Shown here piece by piece: positions 19,979-30,630 of a stretch of DNA of 64,000 nt; within the stretch, counting starts at the first letter, position 1; every line of letters starts with the position of its first letter. Position numbers and translations under genes: made by a program. Location: NCBI GenBank assembly GCA_963842525.1, contig CAWJGT010000021.1, positions 41,187 through 105,186 of the forward strand, given 5' to 3'. Below the pieces are notes generated by a model, which ran no database searches, was not told where the DNA came from, and was given only the letters and a program-made list of their open reading frames with translations. Source of the DNA: an uncultured Holophagales bacterium (GTDB lineage Bacteria > Acidobacteriota > Thermoanaerobaculia > Multivoradales > UBA5704).

Positions 19979-20995
19979 GCCCGGCGTGGCCATGAGCGCA
20001 CCCGGCGCACCCGGCACCGCCTCGCAATACTGGGCCTGCTTGCCGATCACGGCGTACGGGCAGGCGGCCTGTTCGAGCAGGTAGAGGACCGCGGCGCGGT
20101 TGCGGGCGGTCTCGGCCGGGATCACCTCGTCCGGCGGATAAAAGCCCGGCGAGGAGCTCACCGGGTACATCTCGAAGGTGTAGGCAACGGACAGGTCAGC
20201 CTCACCTGGACCGCGGCGAGCGGCGCGAACCTGTACCGCGTCCACCGCGCCACGGTGAGCGGCGGGCCCTACACGACGATCCAGAGCAACCTCACCGGCA
20301 CGAGCTTCACCGACACCGGACTGACCAACGGGACAACCTATTACTACGTGGTGACCGCGACCAATGGAGTGGGGGAGGGGGCGAATTCCAACGAAGCGTC
20401 GGCCACGCCGGTTGTTCCGCCGACCGTCGTGACCTTCACCTCGGCCGCCTCCCACGACGGCTGGGTGCTCGAATCGTCCGAGGCCTCCAACGCCGGCGGC
20501 TCGATCGATGCGACCGCCAGCACGACCAGCGCCCTGCGGGTGGGCGACGCGACCAGCGACCGCCAGTACAAGTCCGTCGTCTCGTTCAACACCTCGTCGA
20601 TCCCCGACGGCGCCACGATCCTTTCGGTGACCCTGCGCCTGCGCCGCGGCACATCCTCCGGCACCAGTCCGTTCACCACCCACGGCACCTGTTGGGCCGA
20701 CGTGCAGACGGGGAGCTTCTCGGGCTCGACGACGCTCCAGACGGGCGACTTCCAGGCCACGGCGACCGTGGTCCAGGCGGCGAGCCTCGGCAACGCCGCC
20801 TCGAACGGGAGTTGGTCGGAAGGCAGCTTGAACGCATCAGGTCTCGCGGCGATCGACAAGACGGGCACGACGCAGATGAGGGTCTATTTCAATCTCGACG
20901 ACAACGACGACGGAGGCAACGACTACATCGGCTACTACTCCGGCAACAACTCGACTTCGGCGAACCGGCCGCAGCTCGTGGTGACGTACCAATAG
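19979..20995 (+). pseudogene. Rearranged remnant of a third M14 carboxypeptidase-FN3-DNRLRE-like gene (5' part deleted, ~200-bp segment inverted)
   Basis: Minus strand 20182->19979 reads YTFEMYP...ALMATPG; plus strand from 20183 reads GNGQVSLTW...RPQLVVTYQ, collinear with the paralogs at 26033 and 28243. Confidence 0.85.
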
Positions 20996-21019
20996 GCCGG
21001 ATCCCAGGAGGAGAAAATC

Positions 21020-22488
21020 ATGCCAAACAGAGGAGAGTGTTCGATGGAAACGAGATTTCTGTTCACCCTGGCCCTCGCGGCCCTGCTGTTCGCACCGGCC
21101 GTGCAGGCGCAGCAGACCTTCGTCACCACCACCGTCGACGAGGCCGACGGGTCCTGCGACGACGGCGACTGCTCGCTGCGCGATGCCGTCGCCCTGGCCC
21201 CCCCGGCACCACCGTCGTCGTGCCTCCCGGAACGTACGTCCTCACCCTGGGGCAGATCACGATCGACAAGAACCTGGCCATCGAGGGGAGTGACACCCGC
21301 ACCACGATCATCGACGGCAACGATGCCAGCCGGATCTTCGAGACCGCACCCGGCACCCAGGTCGTGTTCCGAGCCCTCACCCTGACCCGGGGCAATGCCG
21401 CCGGAGACGGCGGAGCGGTCCTGAGCCAGGGTGCTGCATTGGTCCAGTTCTGCACGGTCAAGGACAACACCGCGAGCGGCGAGGGCGGCGGTGTCGCGGC
21501 CGGCGGTGATTTGTCCGTCGACTTTTCGACCTTCAGCGGCAACAGAGCTTTCATCGGAGGTGCGATCGTCCGCGTTGCTCCAAGCGATCAGACGATCTCC
21601 AACAGTACCTTCAGCGGCAACGTCGCCCAAGCCTTCGGGGGTGCTTGGACCTGTGGCAACGGTGCCTTCCCAGGGACTCTCGACCTGTTGAACAGCACCT
21701 TCACAGGCAACGAGGCCGGCAGTGTCGATGCGTTGGACCTCGGTTGCGATGACACGGTCACCACTGTCGCCAACACCATCTTTGCCGAAAACGGCAGCGA
21801 TGCTGTGCAAGACTGCGCCTTCGCTGGCGGTAGCAACATAGAGACGACGAGCCACGTCCTCGGCAGCGACGGCAGCTGCACGTTGGGCGGCCCCGGCGAC
21901 CTGCCGAACACCGATGCTCTCCTCGGCCCGCTGGCGAACAACGGCTTTTTCACCGACACCCACCTCCCCGGGGCCGGCAGCCCGGCAATCGACGCCGGGG
22001 ATGCCGCCGTGTGCGACGCGGCCCCCGTCGGCGGCCAGGACCAGCGCTTCGTCTTCCGGCCCCAGGGCGCAGGCTGCGACATCGGTTCCGTCGAGGTCGA
22101 GGTCATTGCTGCCCCCGACGACGACGGCGTCGCCAACGACGTCGACAACTGTCCGACGGTTGCCAATCCCGGCCAGCAGAACTTCGACAACGACGCCTTC
22201 GGCGACGCCTGCGACAACGACCTCGACAACGACGGGAAGACGAACAACCACGACGTTTGCGACTTCACGCCCGCGGGCCAGGTGGTCGGCAAGCTCACCG
22301 GCTGCTCGATCGCCGAGCTCTGTCCGTGCGACGGTCCGCTCAGCTCACACCACGGTTGGCACAACCATGCCCAGTACGTGAGCTGCGTGACCGTGATGGC
22401 GACCGCCTTCCGGCTGGAGCACCTGATCACGACCCAGCAGAAGGTGCAGGTCATCAACGCCGCCGCGCAATCGAGCTGCGGCCGGTAA
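21020..22488 (+). CDS. Secreted CSLREA-domain / beta-helix (choice-of-anchor Q-like) / thrombospondin type-3 repeat protein; frameshift in the C-run near 21200
   Basis: Signal peptide, DGDCSLRDAV, repeated NSTFSGN, LGPLANNG..THLP..GSPAIDAG, DQR..CDIGSVE, DNCP..ANPGQ..D..GDACD; start may be 21044. Confidence 0.85.
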
Positions 22489-22516
22489 GGGAGCCAACCA
22501 TTTGAGAGCAACCCGG

Positions 22517-22550
22517 GCCGGGCCCTTGCGAGGGCCCGGCTCTTTTCTTC
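22517..22550 (+). terminator. Rho-independent terminator
   Basis: gccgggccct-tgcg-agggcccggc followed by tcttttctt. Confidence 0.75.
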
Positions 22551-22556
22551 ATCCCA

Positions 22557-22660
22557 CGGCCCAACGGGCCGGGAGAGCATAGCCCAGGGATGAGGCCGAA
22601 GGCCGATTCCCTGGGTCAACAGGCCCCCGCAAATCCAGCGGCCTGAAAGGCCGCGAGAGC
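22557..22660. repeat. REP unit (ggcccaacgggcc / cccaggg..ccctggg / gcggcctgaaaggccgc)
   Basis: Near-identical copy at 24667-24768; inverted copy split by the IS110 at 22828-22894 and 24448-24480. Confidence 0.85.
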
Positions 22661-22662
22661 TT

Positions 22663-22815
22663 TCAATCCCAGACGTAGCGCTCGTCAAATTCGATTCCAT
22701 AGGCCTCGAGGAACGCACGGAGCTCCTCTTGAAACGACTTGACCCGGTGATGCTCGCGTTGGTTGCGGATGTAGGTCCGAACGTCTTCGACTTGCGATTG
22801 GCTCACCGAGAAGAC
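22663..22815 (-). pseudogene. tnpA: C-terminal fragment of an IS200-like Y1 (REP-associated) tyrosine transposase
   Basis: FSVSQSQVEDVRTYIRNQREHHRVKSFQEE...FDERYVWD, including the catalytic-Tyr motif YIxNQ; no HUH N-terminus; REP units on both sides. Confidence 0.8.
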
Positions 22816-22977
22816 TGCGGAGAGATTCTCGCGGCCTTTCAGGCCGCCAGGAGGTGGGCGTTCGTCGACCCAGGGCATCGGCCTGCGGCCTCAGATGCTA
22901 TGCAGGGCGGGGATGCAAAAGCGGGTCGCCGGTTGTATGTTTCGGGGGAACTTTAGCGGTTAGAAAGGAGAACCCCG

Positions 22978-24114
22978 ATGAACCAGACAACCCGCATTGC
23001 AGAGTCTACGCGAACGGAGGCGGTGTTACATATGGCCCTGGAGCTCGGCGCCAGCGAGTGGAAGCTGGGGTTTGGTGTAGAGGCTGGACGGAGGGCAAGT
23101 CAGCGGACAGTTGCAGCCGGGGACCTTGCCGGGCTGATGCTGGAGATCGCGCGGGCCAAACATCGCCTTGGCGTGCCGGAGTCGGCTCGGGTGGTGAGTT
23201 GCTACGAGGCCGGACGGGATGGATTCTGGCTCCACCGGTTCCTGCTGTCGGAGGGAGTGGAAAACGTTGTCATGGACTCCTCGAGCATCGAGGTGAATCG
23301 GCGGCATCGCCGGGCCAAGACGGATGGGGTGGACGTGGAGAAGTTGCTGTCGTTGTTGATCCGTTACGAGCGCGGGGAGAAGAAGGTGTTCGGGGTAGCG
23401 CACGCGCCGACCCCCGAGCAGGAGGACGAGCGTCACCTGGCTCGGGAGCTTGAGTCTCTGAAGCAGGAGCGCACGGCCCACACCAATCGGATCAAGGGCC
23501 TGCTGGCCAGCGTGGGGGCTCGGGGGGTGAAAGTCGGCAAGGGCTTTCTGCAGCAGCTGGATCAGGCGAGGCAGTGGAACGGCGAGAGGCTGCTGGCGAG
23601 CTTGCGGGAGCGTTTGAGGCGAGAGGGCGAGCGTCTGGCTGTGCTGGAGAGTCAGATTGCCGAGCTCGAGCGGTTTCGCCGGACGGCCAGCGTGGAAGCG
23701 ACGGAGAAGGTGCAGCGGCTGCAAGAGCTCAAGGGGATCGGAGGCAACAGTGGTTGGCTGTTCGTGGTGGAGTTCTTCGGCTGGCGGCAGTTCCGCAACC
23801 GCCGTGAGGTGGCCGGTTTGGCGGGTCTGACGCCGATGCCTTATCAGAGCGGTGACACGGTCAACCACGAACAAGGGATCAGCAAGGCGGGGAATCGTCG
23901 GGTCCGGGCGATGGCGATCGAGATCGCTTGGGGCTGGTTGCGCTTCCAACCGCAGAGTCGCCTGAGCTTGTGGTTTCAGGAGCGTTATGGTCCTGGGAGC
24001 CGCCGATCTCGGCGGGTGGGGATCGTGGCCCTCGCCCGCAAGCTGCTGATCGCGCTGTGGCGCTATCTGGACTACGGTGTGATTCCTGAGGGTGCTGAGC
24101 TGAAGACGAAGTAA
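22978..24114 (+). CDS. IS110-family transposase/recombinase
   Basis: DEDD-like N-domain (ALELG, CYEAG, KTDGVD), C-domain GIG...AGLTPMPYQSG..ISKAGNRRVR..VALARKL; RBS aaaggag. Confidence 0.95.
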   Translation: MNQTTRIAESTRTEAVLHMALELGASEWKLGFGVEAGRRASQRTVAAGDLAGLMLEIARAKHRLGVPESARVVSCYEAGRDGFWLHRFLLSEGVENVVMDSSSIEVNRRHRRAKTDGVDVEKLLSLLIRYERGEKKVFGVAHAPTPEQEDERHLARELESLKQERTAHTNRIKGLLASVGARGVKVGKGFLQQLDQARQWNGERLLASLRERLRREGERLAVLESQIAELERFRRTASVEATEKVQRLQELKGIGGNSGWLFVVEFFGWRQFRNRREVAGLAGLTPMPYQSGDTVNHEQGISKAGNRRVRAMAIEIAWGWLRFQPQSRLSLWFQERYGPGSRRSRRVGIVALARKLLIALWRYLDYGVIPEGAELKTK

Positions 24115-24119
24115 TCTGG

Positions 24120-24340
24120 GAGGAAAAAGCTCGGAGAGAAACGACTGGTGGAGCGTGCCCGGCCCAGGGCTTGGTTCGGCTTCCGAACCGTTCTCTCAGA
24201 TGGGGCCGCTCCGAGAGCTTGCCTGAGTCGCTCGACAGCGCATGCTGCATTTGGTGTCCTGACCCAAAGAGGTCAGCACGGATAGAAGCTGGAAAGGACG
24301 ACTCCCCAGGTCCCTGCACACTCCGGGCAAGCGCCAGACG
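24120..24340 (+). ncRNA. Predicted bridge/seek RNA of the IS110 element (boundaries approximate)
   Basis: Two internal loops flanking hairpins: cccagggct (24163-71) and ctcag (24195-99) match the target; gcattt (24247-52, partial) and atagaag (24282-88) match the donor junction. Confidence 0.7.
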
Positions 24341-24447
24341 GACTGAGAACCAAGAAGCGAGAAAACCGGTGACAGGAGGGGGGCCAGGAAAGGGAAAACG
24401 ACGAACCACCACCCCGAGACGCTTGACACCGGTGGCCCACATAGAAG

Positions 24448-24768
24448 CCCTGAGCTATGTTCTCCCGGCCCGTTGGGCCGGATGGAGACAACCCTATACA
24501 TCCGGCCCGGCTCGTGCGCGGCCTCGCTACCGTCACCTGGCGGCGAATGCTGCCGAAACGCTCGGGGCGGTTTTCGGCTGAATCGAGCCCTGGAGATCGA
24601 GGATCATGCGCGCGGGCCACGTGGCCGGCCCGTCCGGCCCAACGGGCGGTGCATGGCGAACCCGTCCGGCCCAACGGGCCGGGAGAGCATAGCCCAGGGA
24701 TGAGGCCGCAGGCCGATGCCCTGGGTCAACAGGCCCCATAAATCCGGCGGCCTGAAAGGCCGCGAGAA
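24448..24768. repeat. REP cluster: right half of the interrupted REP plus a further full unit
   Basis: ccctgagctatgttctcccggcccgttgggccg, then partial and full cggcccaacgggccgggagagcatagcccaggg...gcggcctgaaaggccgcgag. Confidence 0.8.
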
Positions 24769-25066
24769 ATCTTCCCTAAACTCCCCCAACCAAAGGTTTT
24801 CGCAGGACCCCCTACCCAGAGGGGCAGGCCCTCCCTCCTCTCTAGAGTGGATCTTGCCTCCTCTCCAGAGAGGAGGCGGAGGCCTCGAAAAATCATCGCT
24901 AGAGAGGATGGTCACGCCGCGTCGTATGCGCTAGCCTGAGCTGCAATCAGGAGCAGCCTGAACGAAAGGCCAAGGAGGGGGAGCTCCCCCGGCTTGACGA
25001 CACAACGAAGGGAGGCCAGGCATGATCAATTGCTTGGCAGCTCTTTTTTCGGAAAGGAGATGGCCG

Positions 25067-25945
25067 ATGAGCGCATCCAGATGGTTCGTGTGCACGGTTG
25101 TGACCGCGATTTCCCTGATTGGCGCGGGATCGGCGACGGCGGACGACTTCGTGGTGCCGGCCGGAGGAGGCTGGATGGTCGATACCGTATCGGTCGTCGG
25201 CCAGTATTTCAACGGGCCCGGCGGCCCTGCCCCCACGGTCCGCGTGACCTTCTACGACAACGCGGGGACGTTGCCCGGATCGGCCATCGCCGCCTGCGAC
25301 TACCCAGCGATCGTTCCGGTCGATGCCGGAGGCAGCTTTACGCTCAGCCTGGACTCCGCGTGCATGCTGGCGCCGGGAACCTACTGGGTTGCGGTGGTGG
25401 CGAACATGGACTTCTCCTCGGGGGGCCAGTGGGGTTGGGGCATGCGCACGGCCACTTCGAACAACCCCGCAGCGTGGCGAAACCCGGGCGGTGGCTTTGG
25501 GACCCCGTGCGGGAGCTTCGGGGCTCGCGGCGCAACCTGCGGTAACGTACCAGAGGCGCCCGACCCGTTGTTCTCCCTCTCCGGCGTCGTGAACGAGGTC
25601 GACAACTGCCCGCTGGTCGCCAACCCCGGCCAGGAAGACTTCGACCACGACGGCATCGGCGACGCCTGCGACAACGACGTCGACAACGACGGGCACTCGA
25701 ACAACCACGACATCTGCGACTTCACCCCCCCGGGCACGGTCGTCGGCCGGCTCACCGGCTGCTCGATCGCCGAGCTCTGTCCGTGCGACGGTCCGCTCAG
25801 CTCACACCACGGTTGGCACAACCATGCCCAGTACGTGAGCTGCGTGACCGTGATGGCGACCGCCTTCCGGCTGGAGCGCCTGATCACGACCCAGCAGAAG
25901 GTGCAGATCATCAACGCCGCCGCCCAATCGAGCTGCGGCCGGTAG
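25067..25945 (+). CDS. Secreted protein with thrombospondin type-3 repeats and a conserved Cys/His C-terminal domain
   Basis: RBS aaaggag; signal peptide; ADDFVVP beta-sandwich-like N-domain; [24 protein letters not shown]; C-terminus nearly identical to that of 21020..22488. Confidence 0.8.
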   Translation: MSASRWFVCTVVTAISLIGAGSATADDFVVPAGGGWMVDTVSVVGQYFNGPGGPAPTVRVTFYDNAGTLPGSAIAACDYPAIVPVDAGGSFTLSLDSACMLAPGTYWVAVVANMDFSSGGQWGWGMRTATSNNPAAWRNPGGGFGTPCGSFGARGATCGNVPEAPDPLFSLSGVVNEVDNCPLVANPGQEDFDHDGIGDACDNDVDNDGHSNNHDICDFTPPGTVVGRLTGCSIAELCPCDGPLSSHHGWHNHAQYVSCVTVMATAFRLERLITTQQKVQIINAAAQSSCGR

Positions 25946-25987
25946 CGCGCCTTCTCCAACGATCACCTATCCGCGAGCAACCACCGG

Positions 25988-26017
25988 GCCGGGCTCTTTC
26001 GGGAGCCCGGCCTTTAT
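25988..26017 (+). terminator. Hairpin terminator/attenuator
   Basis: gccgggctc-tttcgg-gagcccggc followed by ctttat. Confidence 0.6.
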
Positions 26018-26032
26018 CCCAAGGAGCTCTCG

Positions 26033-28172
26033 ATGCACGGTCCTTCGATCGCCAGAAGTGTTCGGCCATCCCTTTTCGGGCTGGCGTTCATGTTGCTGGT
26101 GGGGCTCGTCCTGGCCGCGCCCGCCGCCGCCCAGCCCACCAAAGACACCGAAACCTACAAGATCTCGAACGTCTTCGACGCCCGCGCCCGCTCCGCCATC
26201 GCCGCCACCGGCGCGGACGTCTTCGAGGTCGGCCACGACTACGTCCTGGTCGAGGCGACACCCCGTGAGGCCCGGGCCTTGAAGCGGCTGGGCTTTGCGC
26301 TGGTCAAGTTCCGGACGCAGACGGAATTCCTCAAAGTCTTTCCGGCCGCCGACTCGGCCTACCACGACTACGCCGAGATGGTGGCCGAGCTGGAGCAGGC
26401 CGCGTTCGACCATCCCGACATCTTCTCGCTGTTCAGTCTCGGCACCTCGTACGGGGGGCGCACAATCTGGGCCGGCAAGATCTCCGACAACGCCGGCGCC
26501 GACGAGGCCGAGCCCGAGGTGCTGTTCATCCACCATCAGCACGCCCGCGAGCATCTGACCGTCGAGATGGCCCTCTACACCCTGAAGATGCTGACCGACG
26601 AATACGGCGTCGATTCGCAGATCACCGGCCTGGTCGACAGCCGCGAGGTCTGGATCGTCTTCGACCTGAATCCCGACGGCGGTGAGTACGACATCGCGAC
26701 CGGCAGCTACGCCTCCTGGCGCAAGAACCGCCAGCCCAACGCCGGAACGAGCGCCGTCGGCACCGACTTGAACCGCAACTGGGGGTACTCGTGGGGCTGC
26801 TGCGGCGGCAGCAGCGGCACGCCGAGCAGCACGACCTATCGGGGAACGGCCGCGTTCTCCGCCCCCGAAACCGCGGTGGTGCGCGATTTCGTCGACAGCC
26901 GGGTGATCGGCGGCGTGCAGCAGATCACCTCCAGCATCGACTTCCACAGCTACGGCGAGCTGGTCCTCTGGCCCTTCGGCTATTACCTTCACCGACGTGC
27001 CGCCCGACATGACCCAGGACGACCACGACGCCTACGTGGCGATGGGCCAGGCGATGGCGGCGACCAACGGCTACACGGCCGAGCAGGCGAGCGAGCTCTA
27101 CATCACCGACGGAACGATCGACGACTGGACCTACGGCGTCCACAACATCTTCACCTACACCTTCGAGATGTACCCTGTGACGTCGGGACAAGGCGGCTTT
27201 TATCCCCCGGACGAGGTGATCCCGGCCCAAACCGCCCGCAACCGCGCGGCGATCCTCTACTTTCTCGAACAGGCCGCCTGTCCGTACGCCACAATCGGCA
27301 AGCAGGCCCAGTACTGCGAGAACCTGCCGGCCGCGCCGGGCGCGCTTTCGGCCACGCCGGGCAACGGGCAGATCGGTCTCGCCTGGACGGCCGCGAGCGG
27401 CGCCACCGGCTACCGCGTCCACCGCGGCACGAAAAGCGGCGGGCCGTACACGACCGTCCGCAGCAACCTCAACCTCACGAGCTTCACCGATACCGGCCTG
27501 GCCAACGGCACGCCCTATTTCTACGTCGTGACCGCGACCAACGGGGTGGGGGAGGGGCCGAATTCGAACGAGGCGTCGGCGACGCCGGTGGTTCCGCCGA
27601 CCGTCGTGACCTTCACCTCGATCGCCGCGCAGGACGGCTGGGTGCTCGAATCCGGAGAGAACACCAACGTCGGCGGCTCGATCGACTCGACCGCCACCAC
27701 CACCAGCGCCCTGCGGCTGGGCGACGACACGAGTGACCGGCAGTACAAATCGGTCGTCGCCTTCGACACCTCGTCGATCCCCGACGGCGCGACGATCCTC
27801 TCGGCCAATCTGCGCCTGCGCCGCGGCACGTCTTCCGGCACCAACCCCTTCACCACTCACGGCACCTGCTGGGTGGACGTCCAGACGGGGAGCTTCTCGG
27901 GCTCGACGACGCTCCAGACGGGAGACTTCCAGGCCGCGGCGACCGTGGTCCAGGCGGCGAGCCTCGGCAACGCCGCCTCGAACGGGAGCTGGTCGGAAGG
28001 CAGCCTGAACGCGTCCGGGCTCGCGGCGATCGACAAGACGGGCACGACGCAGATGCGGGTCTATTTCAATCTCGACGACAACGACGACGGAGGCAACGAC
28101 TACATCGGCTACTACTCGGGCAACAACTCGACCTCGGCCAACCGGCCGCAGCTCGTGGTGACGTACCAGTAG
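26033..28172 (+). CDS. Secreted M14 zinc carboxypeptidase (carboxypeptidase T-like) + FN3 + DNRLRE-like domain; frameshift near 26985
   Basis: HAREH, WRKNR, DLNRNW, DFHSYG, FEMYP; tattaccttc here versus tacaccttc in the paralog marks the indel. Confidence 0.9.
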
Positions 28173-28189
28173 CATTCACCGGAGAATTC

Positions 28190-28223
28190 GAGGCCGGGCG
28201 CCTGCGGGAGCCCGGCCTCTTTC
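28190..28223 (+). terminator. Hairpin terminator/attenuator
   Basis: gaggccgggc...gcccggcctc followed by ttt. Confidence 0.6.
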
Positions 28224-28242
28224 CACACGAGGAGAGAGCGCA

Positions 28243-30376
28243 ATGAAAATTCAACGATCCTACCGTTGGCTGTGCGGGCTCGGGCTGGGGCTCACACTGC
28301 TCTTCGGGCTCGGCCTGGCGGCTCCCGCCGCCGCCCAGCCCCTCAAAGAGACCGAGACCTACAAGATCTCGAACGTCTTCGACGCCCGCACCCGTTCCGC
28401 CATCGCCGCCACCGGCGCGGACGTCTTCGAGGTCGGCCACGACTACGTCCTCGTCGAGGCGACAGGGAAGGAGGCCCGGTCCTTGAAGCGGCTGGGCCTG
28501 GAGCTCGTGCGGTTCAGAACGCAGGAGGAATTCCTCAAGGTATTTCCCTCCGCGGATGCGAATTACCACGACTATGCCGAGATGGTGGCCGAGCTCGAGC
28601 AGGCCGCGTTCGATCACCCGGCGATCTTCTCGCTGTTCAGCGCCGGCCTGTCCTACCAGGGGCGCACGGTCTGGGCCGGCAAGATCTCCGACAACGTGGG
28701 TACCGACGAGACCGAGCCCGAGGTGCTCCTCACGCATCATCAACACGCCCGCGAGCACATCACCGTCGAGATGGCCCTCTACACCCTGCGCATGCTGACC
28801 GACGAGTACGGAACCGATCCCCAGATCACGAGCCTGGTGGACGGCCGCGAGATCTGGCTCGTCTTCGACGTGAACCCGGACGGCGGCGAGTACGACATCG
28901 CCACCGGCACCTACGCCTCCTGGCGCAAGAACCGCCAGCCCAACTCCGGCACGAGCGCCGTCGGCACCGATCTGAACCGCAACTGGGGGTACAGGTGGGG
29001 TTGCTGCGGCGGCAGCAGCGGCACGCCGAGCAGCGAGACCTACCGCGGGGCGGCGCCCTTTTCGGCTCCCGAGACCGCGGTGGTGCGCGATTTCGTCGAC
29101 AGCCGCGTGATCGGCGGCATCCAGCAGATCAAGACCCACATCGACTTTCACAGCTACGGTGAGCTGGTGATGTGGCCCTACGGCTACACCTTCACCGACG
29201 TGCCGGCCGACATGACCGTGGACGATCACGACGCGTTCGTGACCATGGGCCAGGCCATGGCGGCGACGAACGGCTACACGCCGCAGCAGGCCAGCGAGCT
29301 GTACATCACCGACGGCGGCATCCGGGACTGGCTCTACGGCGCCCACCGGGTCTTCAGCTTCACCTTCGAGATGTATCCGGTGACGTCGGGGCAGGGCGGA
29401 TTCTATCCTCCGGACGAGGTGATTCCGGCCCAGACCTCCCGCAACCGCGCGGCGCTCCTCTACCTGCTGGAGAATACCGCCTGCCCCTACGCCGTGATCG
29501 GCGAGCAGTCTCAATATTGCGAAGCGGTGCCGGGCGCGCCGGGATCGGCTCACGGCCACGCCGGGCAACGGGCAAGTGGGCCTCACCTGGACCGCGGCGA
29601 GCGGCGCGACCGGTTACCGCATCCACCGCGCCACGGTGAGCGGCGGGCCCTACACGACGATCCAGAGCAACCTCGCCGGCACGAGCTTCACCGACACCGG
29701 CCTGACCAACGGGACGACCTATTCCTACGTGGTGACCGCGACCAACGGAGTCGGGGAGGGACCGAATTCGAACGAGGCTTCGGCCACACCGGTCGCTCCG
29801 CCGACCGTCGTGACCTTGACCTCGGTCGCCTCCCACGACGGCTGGGTGCTGGAATCGTCCGAGACCTCCAACGCCGGCGGCTCCAGCGACAGCACCGCCA
29901 GCACCACCAGCGCCCTGCGGGCCGGCGACGCCACCAGCGACCGCCAGTACAAATCTGTCGTCTCGTTCGACACCTCGTCGATTCCCGACGGCGCCACGAT
30001 CCTCTCGGCGACCTTGCGGCTGCGCCGCGGCACGTCCTCCGGCACCAGCCCGTTCACCACCCACGGCACCTGCTGGGCCGACGTGCAGACGGGGAGCTTC
30101 TCGGGCTCGATGACGCTCCAGACGGGCGACTTCCAGGCCACGGCGACCGTGGTCCAGGCGGCGAGCCTCAGCAACGCCGCGAGCAACGGCACCTGGTCGG
30201 AAGGCAATCTCAACGCTTCAGGCCTCGCAGCGATCGACAAGACCGGGACGACGCAGCTCCGGATCTATTTCAACCTCGACGACAACGACGACGGAGGCAA
30301 CGACTACATCGGCTACTACTCGGGCAACAACTCGAGCTCGGCCAACCGGCCGCAGCTCGTGGTGACCTACCAGTAG
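28243..30376 (+). CDS. Secreted M14 zinc carboxypeptidase + FN3 + DNRLRE-like domain (paralog 2); frameshift near 29548
   Basis: Same motifs as 26033..28172; ORFs 28243.. and 29576..30376 join at ATPGNGQV. Confidence 0.9.
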
Positions 30377-30454
30377 GCCCTGGTTTGCCGCGAACGCGGG
30401 CCGATTCGTGGTGAACCGGCCCGCCTTGCGTCGTCCCAGCGCTTTCTGCCCACC

Positions 30455-30630
30455 CCTGCCAGTTGCATAAGAATGTGAGCAGTAAGCGTGAAAAAGACCG
30501 CGCCTGTTGGATTCACAGAGCATTTGGCCGCTGTCTTTGGACTCCACCACCAGTGCGATCCAGAAACAGCGGAAGAGGCCCCGGAGGGGCCAGTCCGGGG
30601 CCTTTCCCGCGTTCTTATGCAACTGGCAGG
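30455..30630. mobile_element. MITE / internally deleted IS with 19-bp perfect terminal inverted repeats
   Basis: cctgccagttgcataagaa (30455-30473) and ttcttatgcaactggcagg (30612-30630); no transposase, no clear TSD. Confidence 0.75.

Larger units (their letters stand above)
22895..24447 (+). mobile_element. IS110-family insertion sequence (IS1111-like layout) inserted in a REP
   Basis: Removing it restores REP ...ggcctgcggcctc[AG]ccctgagctatg...; AG at both junctions (22893-94, 24446-47); sub-terminal IR ctatg/catag; ~330-bp 3' non-coding end. Confidence 0.9.

Noticed and set aside
19697-20182. N-terminal part of ORF 19697..20995 as a real protein start
   Set aside because: It is antisense to the LuxR gene and to the inverted M14 fragment, with no signal peptide or RBS
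22557-24768. Repeats as a CRISPR array
   Set aside because: Units are long, palindromic and inverted relative to one another, with no regular unique spacers and no cas genes; they fit REPs
24790-24900. Hairpin-rich stretch upstream of the TSP3 gene as a riboswitch or ncRNA
   Set aside because: Only short palindromes (cccct..agggg, cctcctctc..gagaggagg); no conserved riboswitch motif recognised
20183-30376. Near-identical repeats as a diversity-generating retroelement TR/VR pair
   Set aside because: No reverse transcriptase, and the differences are not adenine-specific; ordinary paralogy
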